DNA of 64,000 nucleotides from an uncultured Solirubrobacterales bacterium (GCA_963716445.1 OY970313.1:422731-486730); one strand, 5' to 3'; positions 18,708 through 27,777 are shown, counted from the first letter of the stretch. Notes: generated from the letters alone by a model not told the origin. Translations and numbers: made by a program.

Positions 18708-19345
18708 GGGGAGGCCAGCGCGCTGCGCACCCTCGTGGTGACCGCGTCGGCGCGCGCGATGACATTGTCGACACTGGCGGTCACTGCGGACAACTCCTCC
18801 CGCACGGCAGCGTCGCGGATTCCTTCGACGTTGACCTCCACGTTCACCCGGGCGGTCGTCGCGGCGGCGCGTGCTGCGTCAGCAGCCGCAGCTACGTCTG
18901 TGATCACGTTTGGGTTGCCGATTGGCTGCAGCGTCTCGGCGAGCTCGACAAGCCGCGCCGCGACGCCGACGACGGCGGCCGGTGGGCGGGCGGCGCCGAC
19001 GAGCGCGTCTGCGATACGCCCACTCCGCAACGCCCGCTCCTCATCGGACTCGCGCGGCAGCTTGTAAGCGTCGCCGACGGCGCCAAACGCGTCGGCGTCG
19101 GCGTCGGCCAGCCCGAGTGCCTCGGCGCGCAGCGCGTCAGACTCATCAAGGACCGCAGCGATCGCCGGGGCGTGCTCAGCGTATCGCTCCCCGTCGCTGT
19201 ACCTGGCGACCATCGCCAGCAGAGCGGCGGACTGCGCGGCGTGCACCGCAGCGGATGCGCCGCCACCAGGCGCCGGGACGCGATCGGCGAGGCGGGCGAG
19301 GAAGTTGTCGAGCGTCTGCTCGGCTAACTGGCTCATGGCGGGCAT
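18704..19345 (-). CDS. Cyclodeaminase/cyclohydrolase family protein (FTCD C-terminal-domain-like)
   Basis: FLARLADRVPAPGGGASAAVHAAQSAALLAMVARYS and an all-helical sequence. The stop overlaps the folD ATG (ATGA). Confidence 0.75.
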   Translation of the reverse strand: MPAMSQLAEQTLDNFLARLADRVPAPGGGASAAVHAAQSAALLAMVARYSDGERYAEHAPAIAAVLDESDALRAEALGLADADADAFGAVGDAYKLPRESDEERALRSGRIADALVGAARPPAAVVGVAARLVELAETLQPIGNPNVITDVAAAADAARAAATTARVNVEVNVEGIRDAAVREELSAVTASVDNVIARADAVTTRVRSALASP

Positions 19346-19504
19346 CTTCGCACCTCGGCCGGTGGCGCGCCGACGCGGGACTAGGCTCGACTTTGATCCG
19401 CTAGTCGACAGCGCGGCCGTCTTGGAGGGGCCCTAGCGCTACAGCGCCACGCGGGACGATCAAGGTCCAACTGCTCGTTCGCGTTAGCCCGCGCCCCAGA
19501 ACCG

Positions 19505-19580
19505 TGGCACCGAAGGGCGGGAACCTTCGATGTGTCTGGACGTCCCACACGACCGTCTGCTTGCTGGGCGAGTCGGGGGC
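19505..19580 (+). repeat. Third, partial and diverged copy of the 'A' arm (matches 12703-12780)
   Basis: GGCACCGAAG..AACCTTCGATG.GTC.GGA.CGTCCCACA..CCGTC.GCTTGC.GGGC is shared with both A copies. Confidence 0.6.
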
Positions 19581-19608
19581 CGCTCAGCTTCTACGACCAC
19601 CACCACCG

Positions 19609-20025
19609 CTAGGCGCGCACACCACGCCAGCGCCCCTCTTTCGCACGATCACTTGCCCACGCTGCTCGTTGCTGCCAGCGGCGGAGAGAACCAGCCATGT
19701 AGGTGCAGTCCTCGGTGGGCGACCCGTCCGGCGTCGACGCACGCTTCGCGTAGTCGACGTTCGCCTTCTTGCCAGCTGACTTCTCTGTCGAAAGCTCCCA
19801 CAGGGATAGCCCCGAGGGAACGAATGGCGTCTCTTCGGTAGCCCGAACCGTGCCGTCCCAACCCCCTGTGCCAACTCCCTCGCCGGCCGGAAAACCTAAC
19901 TGGACGACACCCTGACCGGTCTCCATGACCAGGCGGCGGATCAGTCTCGGAAGCTCACTCCTCGCCGCAAGCGTGTCGGCCCAGCGAAGTAGGTCTTGTT
20001 GAGTAGCGAAACCAGGACGGATCAT
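19609..20025 (-). CDS. Hypothetical protein, possibly the N-terminal remnant of a larger gene
   Basis: ATG 20025 (MIRPGFATQQDLLRWADTLAARSELPRLIRRLV...). The ORF ends right next to the partial A-arm copy. Confidence 0.35.
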   Translation of the reverse strand: MIRPGFATQQDLLRWADTLAARSELPRLIRRLVMETGQGVVQLGFPAGEGVGTGGWDGTVRATEETPFVPSGLSLWELSTEKSAGKKANVDYAKRASTPDGSPTEDCTYMAGSLRRWQQRAAWASDRAKEGRWRGVRA

Positions 20026-20148
20026 CTCTCTCAGTATTCGAGACCCGGCGGATGCAGCCGAGACCACCACCTTGACCGGGCGCGGCCCTGGGCCTGATGC
20101 ACAGGGGACGAAGCTCCCGTGAGAGTCCAATCAACCACGAGTCCGCTG

Positions 20149-20230
20149 CACTCACGCGGTCGCGGGTCTCGGCGACGCGGTAGCTGCTGGCCTGCGGTGC
20201 TAGAGGAGAGCGTGTAAACCCGCCCCGCTA
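20149..20230 (+). repeat. Degenerate full-length tRNA-fMet-like relic 1
   Basis: CGCGGGTCTCGGCGACGCGGTAGCTGCTGGCC...AAACCCGCCCCGCTA aligns with the tRNA acceptor, D-arm and 3' end. About 80% identical to relic 2. Confidence 0.6.
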
Positions 20231-20871
20231 GTCATCGCGACGTCCTGCCCCAGCCCGGTCGCCTGTCGCGTCAAGCCGCCCGGTTGCTCGCGACCACGAC
20301 TGAGACGTCGTCGTGGATGTGGGCGGGGCGGCTGTCGCGCATGCGTTTGGTCACGAGCTTCGGCTGCTGAGCTGCGGGGGCGATGTCGATTGCGAACTCC
20401 AGGCCGGTCTTGCGTGAGATGTCGATCAGGGTCTCGATGCGGGGGTTGCGCTCGCCTGACTCGAGGTCGACTATCCGCGGCTGGCGTACGCCGAGCAGGT
20501 CGGCGAGCGCGCGTTGGCTGAAGCCGTTCTCGCTGCGGTAGCGGATCAGCTCGGCGGCTACCTCGCGGGCGAGTGCTAGGCACTGCCACTCGGCGGTGCC
20601 GTCCTCGCTCCTGGGCAACGCGTTTCTTCTTCCCGAAGTCGTCCTTGTCCTTGTCCTTGTCCTTGGCCACCGCCAGCACGACGTAGATGTCGCCGACGCG
20701 GCGATAGATCAGTCGCGTGGGCGATCGCCCCTGGCGCGGGCGCGGGCGCGGCTCGTTGAGGTTCGCCTCGCCCTGCAACGGCTTCATGTGGGGCGGCGCG
20801 AGCGCCTCGCCGATGCGACGGAGCTTGTCGACCGCATTGAAGGCGGCCTTACGCTCCTCCTTGCTCTTCAC
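20200..20871 (-). CDS. RelE/HigB (Gp49-like) toxin domain in the first ~90 codons; the ORF lacks a stop and reads on across the antitoxin gene
   Basis: NAVDKLRRIGEALAPPHMKPLQGEANLNE...RLIYRRVGDIYVVLAVAKDKDKDKDDFGKKKR. The true 3' end is undetermined and the gene is possibly degraded. Confidence 0.35.
   Translation of the reverse strand: MKSKEERKAAFNAVDKLRRIGEALAPPHMKPLQGEANLNEPRPRPRQGRSPTRLIYRRVGDIYVVLAVAKDKDKDKDDFGKKKRVAQERGRHRRVAVPSTRPRGSRRADPLPQRERLQPTRARRPARRTPAADSRPRVRRAQPPHRDPDRHLTQDRPGVRNRHRPRSSAAEARDQTHARQPPRPHPRRRLSRGREQPGGLTRQATGLGQDVAMTSGAGLHALL
20271..20618 (-). CDS. XRE-family HTH antitoxin-like protein (HigA-like)
   Basis: FSQRALADLLGVRQPRIVDLESGERNPRIETLIDISRKTGLEF. TTG start immediately after the toxin-like domain. 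Confidence 0.7.
   Translation of the reverse strand: MPRSEDGTAEWQCLALAREVAAELIRYRSENGFSQRALADLLGVRQPRIVDLESGERNPRIETLIDISRKTGLEFAIDIAPAAQQPKLVTKRMRDSRPAHIHDDVSVVVASNRAA
20641..20664. repeat. (GTCCTT)x4 hexanucleotide tandem repeat inside the toxin-like ORF
   Basis: Four perfect units encoding (KD)4 on the minus strand. Confidence 0.9.
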
Positions 20872-21225
20872 GCCGACTAGGACGACGAGCCACAGTCGAT
20901 CCGTCCGATAACGACGAAACCCCCGGGGCCTTTGGACGGCTGATCCGGGGCTCTAGAAATCGCCGGGCGACTTGCGTAGCTACTTCAAGCACCGTCACGC
21001 CTCGCTGTCGCCTGGCTTGGCGTGCCGCCTCGGTGGGGCTATGCAGCCTGGTTCCACCTCCGGGGGTGCGCGATCTGCGCGGCGCCCGTAGATATCAGTC
21101 TAGGAGTCCATCCGACGGAACCGCTGACGGCCCGAAATGCCGACTCCGAAGCGTGGAGCTGACCGAGGAGGAGATCGCATCCATGGCTCCGCTTCCCGTC
21201 GATCTGCAGTAGCCCGCTGAGTCTC

Positions 21226-21729
21226 TTGCTACGGCAGCTCGCAATGAGCGCGATGCGGCGAGCCTGGTGGACGATTCACTGCTATGTACCGCGCATGACG
21301 TTGGTAGCGACGTGGCGAAAATGGAACCCTACCACGCTTCGAGACGAAGACGATGGACTGCGGGCAACGCTGGAGCTCGTCGACGACTGGTACATGCCGG
21401 GCCGCCGGGAGCCCGCGCGCGCGTGGGTCGTCGAATGGCTCGACATGAGCGAGGACAAGCCGCAGATGGCGCGGACACGCCTCGACATCGCAGCCGAGCC
21501 CGCCCCGGACGAGGACGCGATGGCCCGTCTGAGTGAGGCTGGCGCTGCCGTTGCTCGAATGGCCGCTCCTGACGAGCCCGAACCGTTCGGACATGCCGAG
21601 ACCGGTCTCGTTCAGGGCAGCGAGGTCCACAGGCGTATCGAGCTGATCAGCATGCGATTCAGGAGGCGCAGACCCGTTTGCGTGATGCGGCTGGCGTCGC
21701 CGAGCCCTGGGGAGCGCACCGTGTGCTGA
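21226..21729 (+). CDS. Hypothetical protein (may be the 5' part of one gene together with 21678..22226)
   Basis: ORF only. The C-terminal ~25 codons are Arg-rich, while the +1 frame continues smoothly into the next ORF. Confidence 0.3.
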   Translation: MLRQLAMSAMRRAWWTIHCYVPRMTLVATWRKWNPTTLRDEDDGLRATLELVDDWYMPGRREPARAWVVEWLDMSEDKPQMARTRLDIAAEPAPDEDAMARLSEAGAAVARMAAPDEPEPFGHAETGLVQGSEVHRRIELISMRFRRRRPVCVMRLASPSPGERTVC

Positions 21730-22226
21730 TCGCCCTAACCGAGGCCGTCAGTTGGGTTCGGGCGCTCGACGACGCCATGAAACACGTCTGGCGGACGCTG
21801 TCTAGCGAGCGCCGTGCGGACATCACGGCCCGAATCGACAAGGCCCTCGAGAGTTCGGCCTGGGACCCCAAGTTCGTCGCGTGGGCCAAGACGCAGAGAA
21901 ACGAAACCGAGTATTCCGATTGGACCCTAGGACTCCTGGTTAGAAACGTTGGGCTGCCGCGAGAGGACCTTCGAGGGATGCGCTGGCTCGCGGGCAAGCT
22001 GCTGCACTTTGGCCCGTTGCCGGCGGTCGAGCTGAGGCATTGGCGCGAGGGGGAGCCTCCTCGATGGAAATGGCGTCCGTCGAAGGATGTCTTTCCGGCG
22101 AGCCGCGCTGAGCGCGGGTCCCATGACCGCTTGGCGTATGACGGCTACCTGGCGGGCCGTGATCTGATCGGGACCTTCAACCTCTTCCAAGCCTTCTATC
22201 GGCTGAGCGGCTGGCCTGGGATCTGA
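21678..22226 (+). CDS. Hypothetical protein
   Basis: ORF with reasonable composition (ALTEAVSWVRALDDAMKHVW...). No recognisable domain. Confidence 0.4.
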   Translation: MRDAAGVAEPWGAHRVLIALTEAVSWVRALDDAMKHVWRTLSSERRADITARIDKALESSAWDPKFVAWAKTQRNETEYSDWTLGLLVRNVGLPREDLRGMRWLAGKLLHFGPLPAVELRHWREGEPPRWKWRPSKDVFPASRAERGSHDRLAYDGYLAGRDLIGTFNLFQAFYRLSGWPGI

Positions 22227-22258
22227 CCGGGCGACCGGAGGGATAGGCCATTAGCCAG

Positions 22259-22343
22259 CACTCATGCCAGATCGCGGGTCGCGGCGATGCGGTAGATGCT
22301 GGCTAGGGGCGTGAGGGGATTGGGTTCAACCCCGCCCCCGCTG
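22259..22343 (+). repeat. Degenerate full-length tRNA-fMet-like relic 2
   Basis: CGCGGGTCGCGGCGATGCGGTAGATGCTGGCT...GGGTTCAACCCCGCCCCCGCT. The T-arm and 3' acceptor are still recognisable. Confidence 0.6.
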
Positions 22344-22831
22344 CTTCACAAGATCCCCTCCCACTGGTAAGGCCATCGGGGGAGGGTTGGCGGTACACCT
22401 TGTCACCGGGCGGGGGTGGTCGGGCTCCCTCAGAACACGGAGAAGCCCGTCGGTCTGGATGTCGCGCGCGCGACTAACCGATACATGAGTACTCCTACTG
22501 CGAGCTAGATGACAGCACCGAGTTCGGAGGGTCGGTTGGCGACGGTCGTGACGTTAAGGCTCGGCCGGAGAAGCCGTGGGGAGATGTCCGGAGCCCGACT
22601 GTGTCCTGTTGGAAGACCAGCGACTCGTAAGCGAGGGGTGGGAGGCTACGGGCTGACGGGGAGTGGCCCTAGCCCACGCGGCCAGCCGACCCGCTTGCCC
22701 GCAGGGGCTGGCGTCAAACCGTAGCTTCATGGTGGCTCGTCGTCTCAGTTAGGCTCGCGCCATGCAGCCATACAGTGATTACTTAGTTTTAGTCGCAGTT
22801 CTCGCATCCGACGTCGACGCGAGCTAGCACG

Positions 22832-23617
22832 ATGCCGGCTGCCGACGAGAATGGTGGGGCTTCCGATCGGAGGTGGTTGAAGCCGGTGGCGGTGGTCGGA
22901 ACCGCCATGCTCGTCGCCGTGGGGAGCGCGGTCGGAACGGGGCTCGGTGGGCGCATCCTCGACTTCTTCGGAGGGGAGGACCCGTCGCTGGTGTCCCACT
23001 CCGAGAGCGAACAGGTCTCGGAGTGCGGAACGTCGCTCTTCGTCAGGGAGCCACGGGCCAGCGAGCTTGCCGGCGACCGGACCTCGACCATCCCCGCCTG
23101 GGGGGACTTCCAGCACGAGACGGGAGCGGCGGTTGTCAGTCCAGACGTCGTCGAAGTCTCGATCCAGGGGGAGTCGAATCGGAGCGTCACGCTCACCGGC
23201 ATCGACTTCGAGGTGTCTCGTCGTGCCCGTCCTCAAGGGGCGGCCTTTGCCCTTCCCTGCGGCGGACCCGGGCAAGGACGGTTCGTGGAGGTCGACCTCG
23301 ATCGAGACCCAGTGACGATCACGGCGTCGTCGAAGGATCGTCAGGCGCCGGTTGGCGGTCCGGTCGCGGCCGTGCAGACCCCGGCGCAGGCGATCCGCTT
23401 CCCGTGGAACGTCTCGATCTCCGACCCTCTACTGCTGTACATCGTCGCTCGCACAAAGCGGTGTGATTGCACGTGGCGCGCCGAGATCTCCTGGCGCAGC
23501 GGCGGAAAGTCCGGCGTCCTCTCGATCGACAACGGCGGCAGGGGGTATGTCGTGGTCGGCGGTGCCGGAGCCCCTACATTCGTTCGGGACGTTAAGGGCT
23601 GGCGGGGCGCGTCGTAA
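22832..23617 (+). CDS. Hypothetical membrane-anchored protein
   Basis: N-terminal TM segment (WLKPVAVVGTAMLVAVGSAVGTGLGG) followed by a beta-rich ectodomain. No recognisable domain. Confidence 0.5.
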   Translation: MPAADENGGASDRRWLKPVAVVGTAMLVAVGSAVGTGLGGRILDFFGGEDPSLVSHSESEQVSECGTSLFVREPRASELAGDRTSTIPAWGDFQHETGAAVVSPDVVEVSIQGESNRSVTLTGIDFEVSRRARPQGAAFALPCGGPGQGRFVEVDLDRDPVTITASSKDRQAPVGGPVAAVQTPAQAIRFPWNVSISDPLLLYIVARTKRCDCTWRAEISWRSGGKSGVLSIDNGGRGYVVVGGAGAPTFVRDVKGWRGAS

Positions 23618-23696
23618 CCGCCGCCTAATGTCAAGCCCTGGGTGTGCGGACGCGGGGACGCAAGCCCCATCGGTGCCCTCCGTGCCGCGAGAATCC

Positions 23697-24068
23697 CTAA
23701 CCGTGCAGGCGTCGGTGTGCGATCTGGTAAACGCTTGCGCGTCTGCCGCTTGCAGGTGGGTGGCGTAGTCCGAATGCGAGATGGTCGAGCCGGAACCGGC
23801 CATCGGTGTCGCGAGCGATCAGGTAGACGAGGCCCCAGGGCCCGATCGGCTGGGGAACGTAGGTCTTGACGCAGCCACCGAGGCGGGTGCCATCCCGTCC
23901 CTCGCCATCGCAGGCCAGCAACTCAGCTACTGATTGGCCGCGACCCTCGAGCTTGCGACGAACCTGCCGTGCGGCATCACGTCCAGATCCGGTCGCGTTG
24001 CGCAGGTCCTCGCTCCACGCCATCTCGTCGAAGACCACGACTGCGTGGCCAGGCCGAACCTCCTGCAA
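23697..24068 (-). CDS. Putative RelE/ParE-superfamily-like toxin (weak call)
   Basis: Small protein ending ...WGLVYLIARDTDGRFRLDHLAFGLRHP...SVYQIAHRRL. Lies 10 nt downstream of a 67-aa gene. Confidence 0.35.
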   Translation of the reverse strand: MQEVRPGHAVVVFDEMAWSEDLRNATGSGRDAARQVRRKLEGRGQSVAELLACDGEGRDGTRLGGCVKTYVPQPIGPWGLVYLIARDTDGRFRLDHLAFGLRHPPASGRRASVYQIAHRRLHG

Positions 24069-24077
24069 CGCCGCCGA

Positions 24078-24281
24078 TCAGCCCTCGCCGTCGCGCGGGA
24101 GGCTGACTCCATGCTCGGCCTCGAAGTCCGCGAGAGTGGCACGCTCATGGCCGAGGCGACCAAGGATCGCGTTGGCCGAGGTGTCAGGGACCAACGTCAG
24201 CGATCCATCGGGGCGCTCATCGGCGACGACGTAGTCGCCCGTTCGGTCGCCGCTGAGCTTGACGTGGGCTTGATCTGCCAT
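24078..24281 (-). CDS. Small protein (67 aa), putative antitoxin partner
   Basis: ATG 24281 (MADQAHVKLSG...) inside listed ORF 24078..24377. Bicistronic with 23697..24068. Confidence 0.35.
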   Translation of the reverse strand: MADQAHVKLSGDRTGDYVVADERPDGSLTLVPDTSANAILGRLGHERATLADFEAEHGVSLPRDGEG

Positions 24282-24310
24282 GCCCTCGATGATGGCAGGC
24301 AGCCTGGTCG

Positions 24311-24408
24311 GTGGGCAACAGAAGGGCAACAGGCCCCGCAGAATCCCAACGATCTCCAACGCACTCGCCGGCCGCAAACCCGCATTCCAAAGCGCTCCAA
24401 CGTACTCG
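24311..24408 (+). repeat. 'B' arm repeat, copy 1
   Basis: GTGGGCAACAGAAGGGCAACAG..CGCAGAATCCCAACGATC..GGCCGCAAACCCGCATTCCAAAGCGCTCCAACG is shared with 25416 and partly with 27364. Confidence 0.85.
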
Positions 24409-24427
24409 GACGACCTCCCGCCTGCGT

Positions 24428-24512
24428 CTCATAAGCTGCGCCGCGCAGCGACCGTCCTTGTGGGAACCCGAAGGTCGCGTGGGCTCCCCTTTCCGAATCG
24501 GTACCCCCCGCT
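24428..24512 (+). repeat. Degenerate tRNA-fMet 3'-half relic, interrupted
   Basis: CTCATAA, then a 32-nt insert, then CCCGAAGGTCGCGTGGGCT..TTCCGAATC..CCCCCCGCT. Confidence 0.6.
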
Positions 24513-24568
24513 CCTCCCGCAACCCTGCAAATCAGGGTACCGCGACCACGTCGTCGCTGATGTAATGA

Positions 24569-25396
24569 ATGTCTATGCCGACCGCCGCCCTCTCCGGGGT
24601 CGAGATCCACTACGAGGAGCGCGGTGAGGGTGCTCCGCTCCTACTCGTGGCGGGCATTCCCGCAATCTCAAGCGACTGGGCGCCGCTGGCCGAGCGGCTC
24701 GCGGCGACGCGGCGGGTGATCGCTTACGACAACCGCGGCAGCGGGGGCTCGACGGTCACCCCAGGCCCGTACACGACGGTGCAGCTCGCCGACGACGCCG
24801 TGGCGCTCCTCGATCATCTCGGCATCGAGCGCAGCGACGTCTTTGGCATGTCACTCGGCGGGATGATCTGTCAAGAGCTCGCGCTGCGGTATCCCGAACG
24901 CGTCGCGTGCCTCGTCCTCGGCTGCACGCATGCCAGCTTCGCGCATGCCATCCAGCCGCCCAAGGAAACGGGCCGCGCGTTCGCGATGCAGACCGACGAC
25001 TGGACCGAGCGGATGCGCGTGCTGGCGCCGCTTGCCTTCGCCCGCGACGTGGCCCCCTCGCTGCTCGAACGCTTCACCGAGAAGAAGTCGGGCGACGTCC
25101 AGGACCCCGCGGGTTACCGGGCGCATATCGACGCCGTTCTGCACCACGACGCGCTCGACCGGCTCGGTGCGATCCCGTCCCCGACGCTCGTCGTCACCGG
25201 CGACGACGACCGCATCATCCCCGGCGCGAACAGCGAGGTGCTCGCGCAGCGGATCGCCGACGCGAGCCTTGAGGTCATGGGTGGCGCAGGGCACCTGTTC
25301 TTCCTTGAGCAACCTGAGCGCACCGTCGCGGTCCTGGAGGACTTCCTCGACGGGTCGGGAAGGGCAATGACAGCGAACGCTACCTCGCCGCAATAA
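24569..25396 (+). CDS. Alpha/beta-fold hydrolase (3-oxoadipate enol-lactonase-like)
   Basis: LLLVAGIPAISSDW, nucleophile elbow FGMSLGG, and the C-terminal GAGHLFFLEQPE. Confidence 0.9.
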   Translation: MSMPTAALSGVEIHYEERGEGAPLLLVAGIPAISSDWAPLAERLAATRRVIAYDNRGSGGSTVTPGPYTTVQLADDAVALLDHLGIERSDVFGMSLGGMICQELALRYPERVACLVLGCTHASFAHAIQPPKETGRAFAMQTDDWTERMRVLAPLAFARDVAPSLLERFTEKKSGDVQDPAGYRAHIDAVLHHDALDRLGAIPSPTLVVTGDDDRIIPGANSEVLAQRIADASLEVMGGAGHLFFLEQPERTVAVLEDFLDGSGRAMTANATSPQ

Positions 25397-25415
25397 CCCT
25401 CTGGCCCGGCGACGG

Positions 25416-25515
25416 GTGGGCAACAGGAGGGCAACAGCCGCCGCAGAACCCCAGCGATCCCCGACGAACTCGCTGGCCGCAAACCCGCATTCCAAAGCGC
25501 TCCAACGCACTCGCC
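25416..25515 (+). repeat. 'B' arm repeat, copy 2 (directly abuts the tRNA 3'-half copy)
   Basis: Same sequence family as 24311-24408. Confidence 0.85.
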
Positions 25516-25532
25516 CGGCCTCTCAGCGTCGT

Positions 25533-25908
<376 letters not shown>

Positions 25909-26011
25909 CCGGGGACCAGCTGGACGCGGTCCACCAGCCCGCCATACCCTCGACACGAGCCGGTAGTACGGTTGCTCGGGCCGACCATTCCGAGAGGGGC
26001 GGAGAAGCACG

Positions 26012-26845
26012 ATGGCCTGGAGCGAGAAGACGGTCTCAGCGAGACTCACGGCCGCCCTCGCCGTGGTGGCAGCATCAGCCGCCTTGGCATCCGCCTGCGG
26101 CGAGTCCGGCAGCCCGGCGACAGGCCGGGCGAGCGACCTGCCGCGAGGCGGCGAGGCGGTCGACCTCGACCCAGCGGACTTCACCACGAAGATCGACAAC
26201 CGCTGGTGGCCGATGCGCCCCGGCACCCGCTGGGTCTACCGCGAGACCGTTGTCGACGGCGCAGAGCTGCAAGTCGTCGTGACGGTCACCGACCGGACGA
26301 AGAAGATCGCCAACGGCGTCGTCGCGCGTGTGGTCCGCGACACCGTGAGCGAGGACGGCGAACTGGTCGAGGACACCTTCGACTGGTACGCCCAAGACCG
26401 CCAGGCGAACATCTGGTACCTCGGGGAGGACACCGTCGAGATCGAGAACGGCAGGATCACGACGCGAGCTGGCTCCTTCGAGGCCGGCGTGGACGGCGCC
26501 CTCCCGGGCATCATCATGCCGGGCGATCCCGAGCCAGGCATGCGGTACCGGCAGGAGTACTACGAGGGCGAGGCCGAAGACAACGGAGAGGTCCTGAGCC
26601 TCGACGAGATAGCCGAGACACCGTACGGACGGTTCGGTCGAGCGCTGCTCACCAAGGACACGATCACCATCGAGCCCGACGTGCTCGAGTACAAGCTCTA
26701 TGCCGAGCGGGTCGGGCCGGTGCTGGTTCTCGGCGTCTCAGGCGGCCCCGGCAGCCGTGAGGAGCTGGTCAAGCTCGACAAGGCTCCCGCCAGCTGGATC
26801 AGGCACGCCGGCCAGTCTCCCCTCGGCAGGGGGCCGACACTGTAG
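26012..26845 (+). CDS. Secreted lipoprotein, unknown function
   Basis: Lipobox signal LTAALAVVAASAALASAC followed by a beta-rich domain. Confidence 0.6.
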   Translation: MAWSEKTVSARLTAALAVVAASAALASACGESGSPATGRASDLPRGGEAVDLDPADFTTKIDNRWWPMRPGTRWVYRETVVDGAELQVVVTVTDRTKKIANGVVARVVRDTVSEDGELVEDTFDWYAQDRQANIWYLGEDTVEIENGRITTRAGSFEAGVDGALPGIIMPGDPEPGMRYRQEYYEGEAEDNGEVLSLDEIAETPYGRFGRALLTKDTITIEPDVLEYKLYAERVGPVLVLGVSGGPGSREELVKLDKAPASWIRHAGQSPLGRGPTL

Positions 26846-27006
26846 GCCTTCGCTCCACCGGGACGCACCGGCAGTCCGCGCAACGACGGAAGCCGTGGCA
26901 GCGCGCTCTACCGCGTGCCGATCAAACTGAGCGGACAGCCGCCCCCTGAGTGGGCGACCGCGTTTCCGCATGCGTGGAACCGTCAGCAGGGCGTGGTCGT
27001 GGCCTG

Positions 27007-27330
27007 TCACGCCGCGGCAAGGACGCGGCCCTCGGTCAGCGCCTGGTGGAGCATCGTGCTCTTGACCTCGCCCCACTCGGCGACGTGGTCGGCGCTTACG
27101 ACGACTACGTCGGCGGCGACGCCCAGTCCGCGCAGCTCACGACGGAGCCGGACCGACTCCGCGTGACGGTTGTCGACCTTGGGCTCGATCACGAGGAAGT
27201 CGAGGTCGCTGTCGGTGCGGGCATCACCGCGAGCATGGGAGCCAAACAAGATGACCTGAGCCGACTCGCCAGCAGCTCGAACCAGGCGATGTCCCGCCTC
27301 TGCGATCAAGGCCTCGTCAACCATGCTCAC
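27007..27330 (-). CDS. Minimal nucleotidyltransferase (MNT-type, antitoxin-like) without a recognisable HEPN partner
   Basis: The GSHARGDARTDSDLDFLV motif (GSxxRG..DxD). Confidence 0.8.
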   Translation of the reverse strand: MSMVDEALIAEAGHRLVRAAGESAQVILFGSHARGDARTDSDLDFLVIEPKVDNRHAESVRLRRELRGLGVAADVVVVSADHVAEWGEVKSTMLHQALTEGRVLAAA

Positions 27331-27363
27331 AACCGTACCTAGCAGATCGGCCTGTGCGGGTCG

Positions 27364-27440
27364 GTGGGCAACAAGTAGGCAACAGCTCCCACAGATTCCC
27401 AGCGATCCTCGACGAACTCCGCCGGCCGCAAACCCACATT
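27364..27440 (+). repeat. 'B' arm repeat, copy 3 (truncated, no tRNA core after it)
   Basis: GTGGGCAACAAGTAGGCAACAGCTCCCACAGATTCCCAGCGATCCTCGACGAACTCCGCCGGCCGCAAACCCACATT. Confidence 0.8.
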
Positions 27441-27777
27441 AGAGGGCGACAAGCTCCCGTTCGGGCTTGTTCGGCGTGCCGAAGTCGAAGCCGAACACTG
27501 CCTGGCCGTCGAGTGCTTGCGCGAGTCGCCGGATCGTCTCGGTGCTGGTTCTGTGGTGGCCGCTCTCGATGCGGGAGATGACCGAGGGGGTGGTGCCCAT
27601 TCGCTTTGCGAGGTCGCGTTGGGACAGGCCGAGCTTGGCGCGGCGCATGATGATTACGCGGGCGAACTGCTCGAAGGGCTCGAGTTGTTTCGTTGCATTG
27701 CGATAGCTGGCGCTCTTTGAGCGCTTGTGCTTGACATCGTCGGCGACGCTTGTACCGATGGGGCTGTCCTTGGCCAT
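27439..27777 (-). CDS. XRE-family helix-turn-helix regulator
   Basis: LGLSQRDLAKRMGTTPSVISRIESGHHRTSTETIRRLAQAL. ATG 27777 lies inside listed ORF 27439..27819. Confidence 0.75.
   Translation of the reverse strand: MAKDSPIGTSVADDVKHKRSKSASYRNATKQLEPFEQFARVIIMRRAKLGLSQRDLAKRMGTTPSVISRIESGHHRTSTETIRRLAQALDGQAVFGFDFGTPNKPERELVAL

Noticed and set aside
22575-22600. RNase P-like string GGGGAGATGTCCGGAGCCC
   Set aside because: Only a short resemblance to GAGGAAAGUCCGGGCUCC. None of the other universally conserved RNase P regions is present nearby.
26846-27006. Search for a HEPN partner downstream of the MNT nucleotidyltransferase
   Set aside because: All three minus-strand frames give short or Arg-rich sequences with no Rx4-6H motif. 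The MNT is treated as an orphan.
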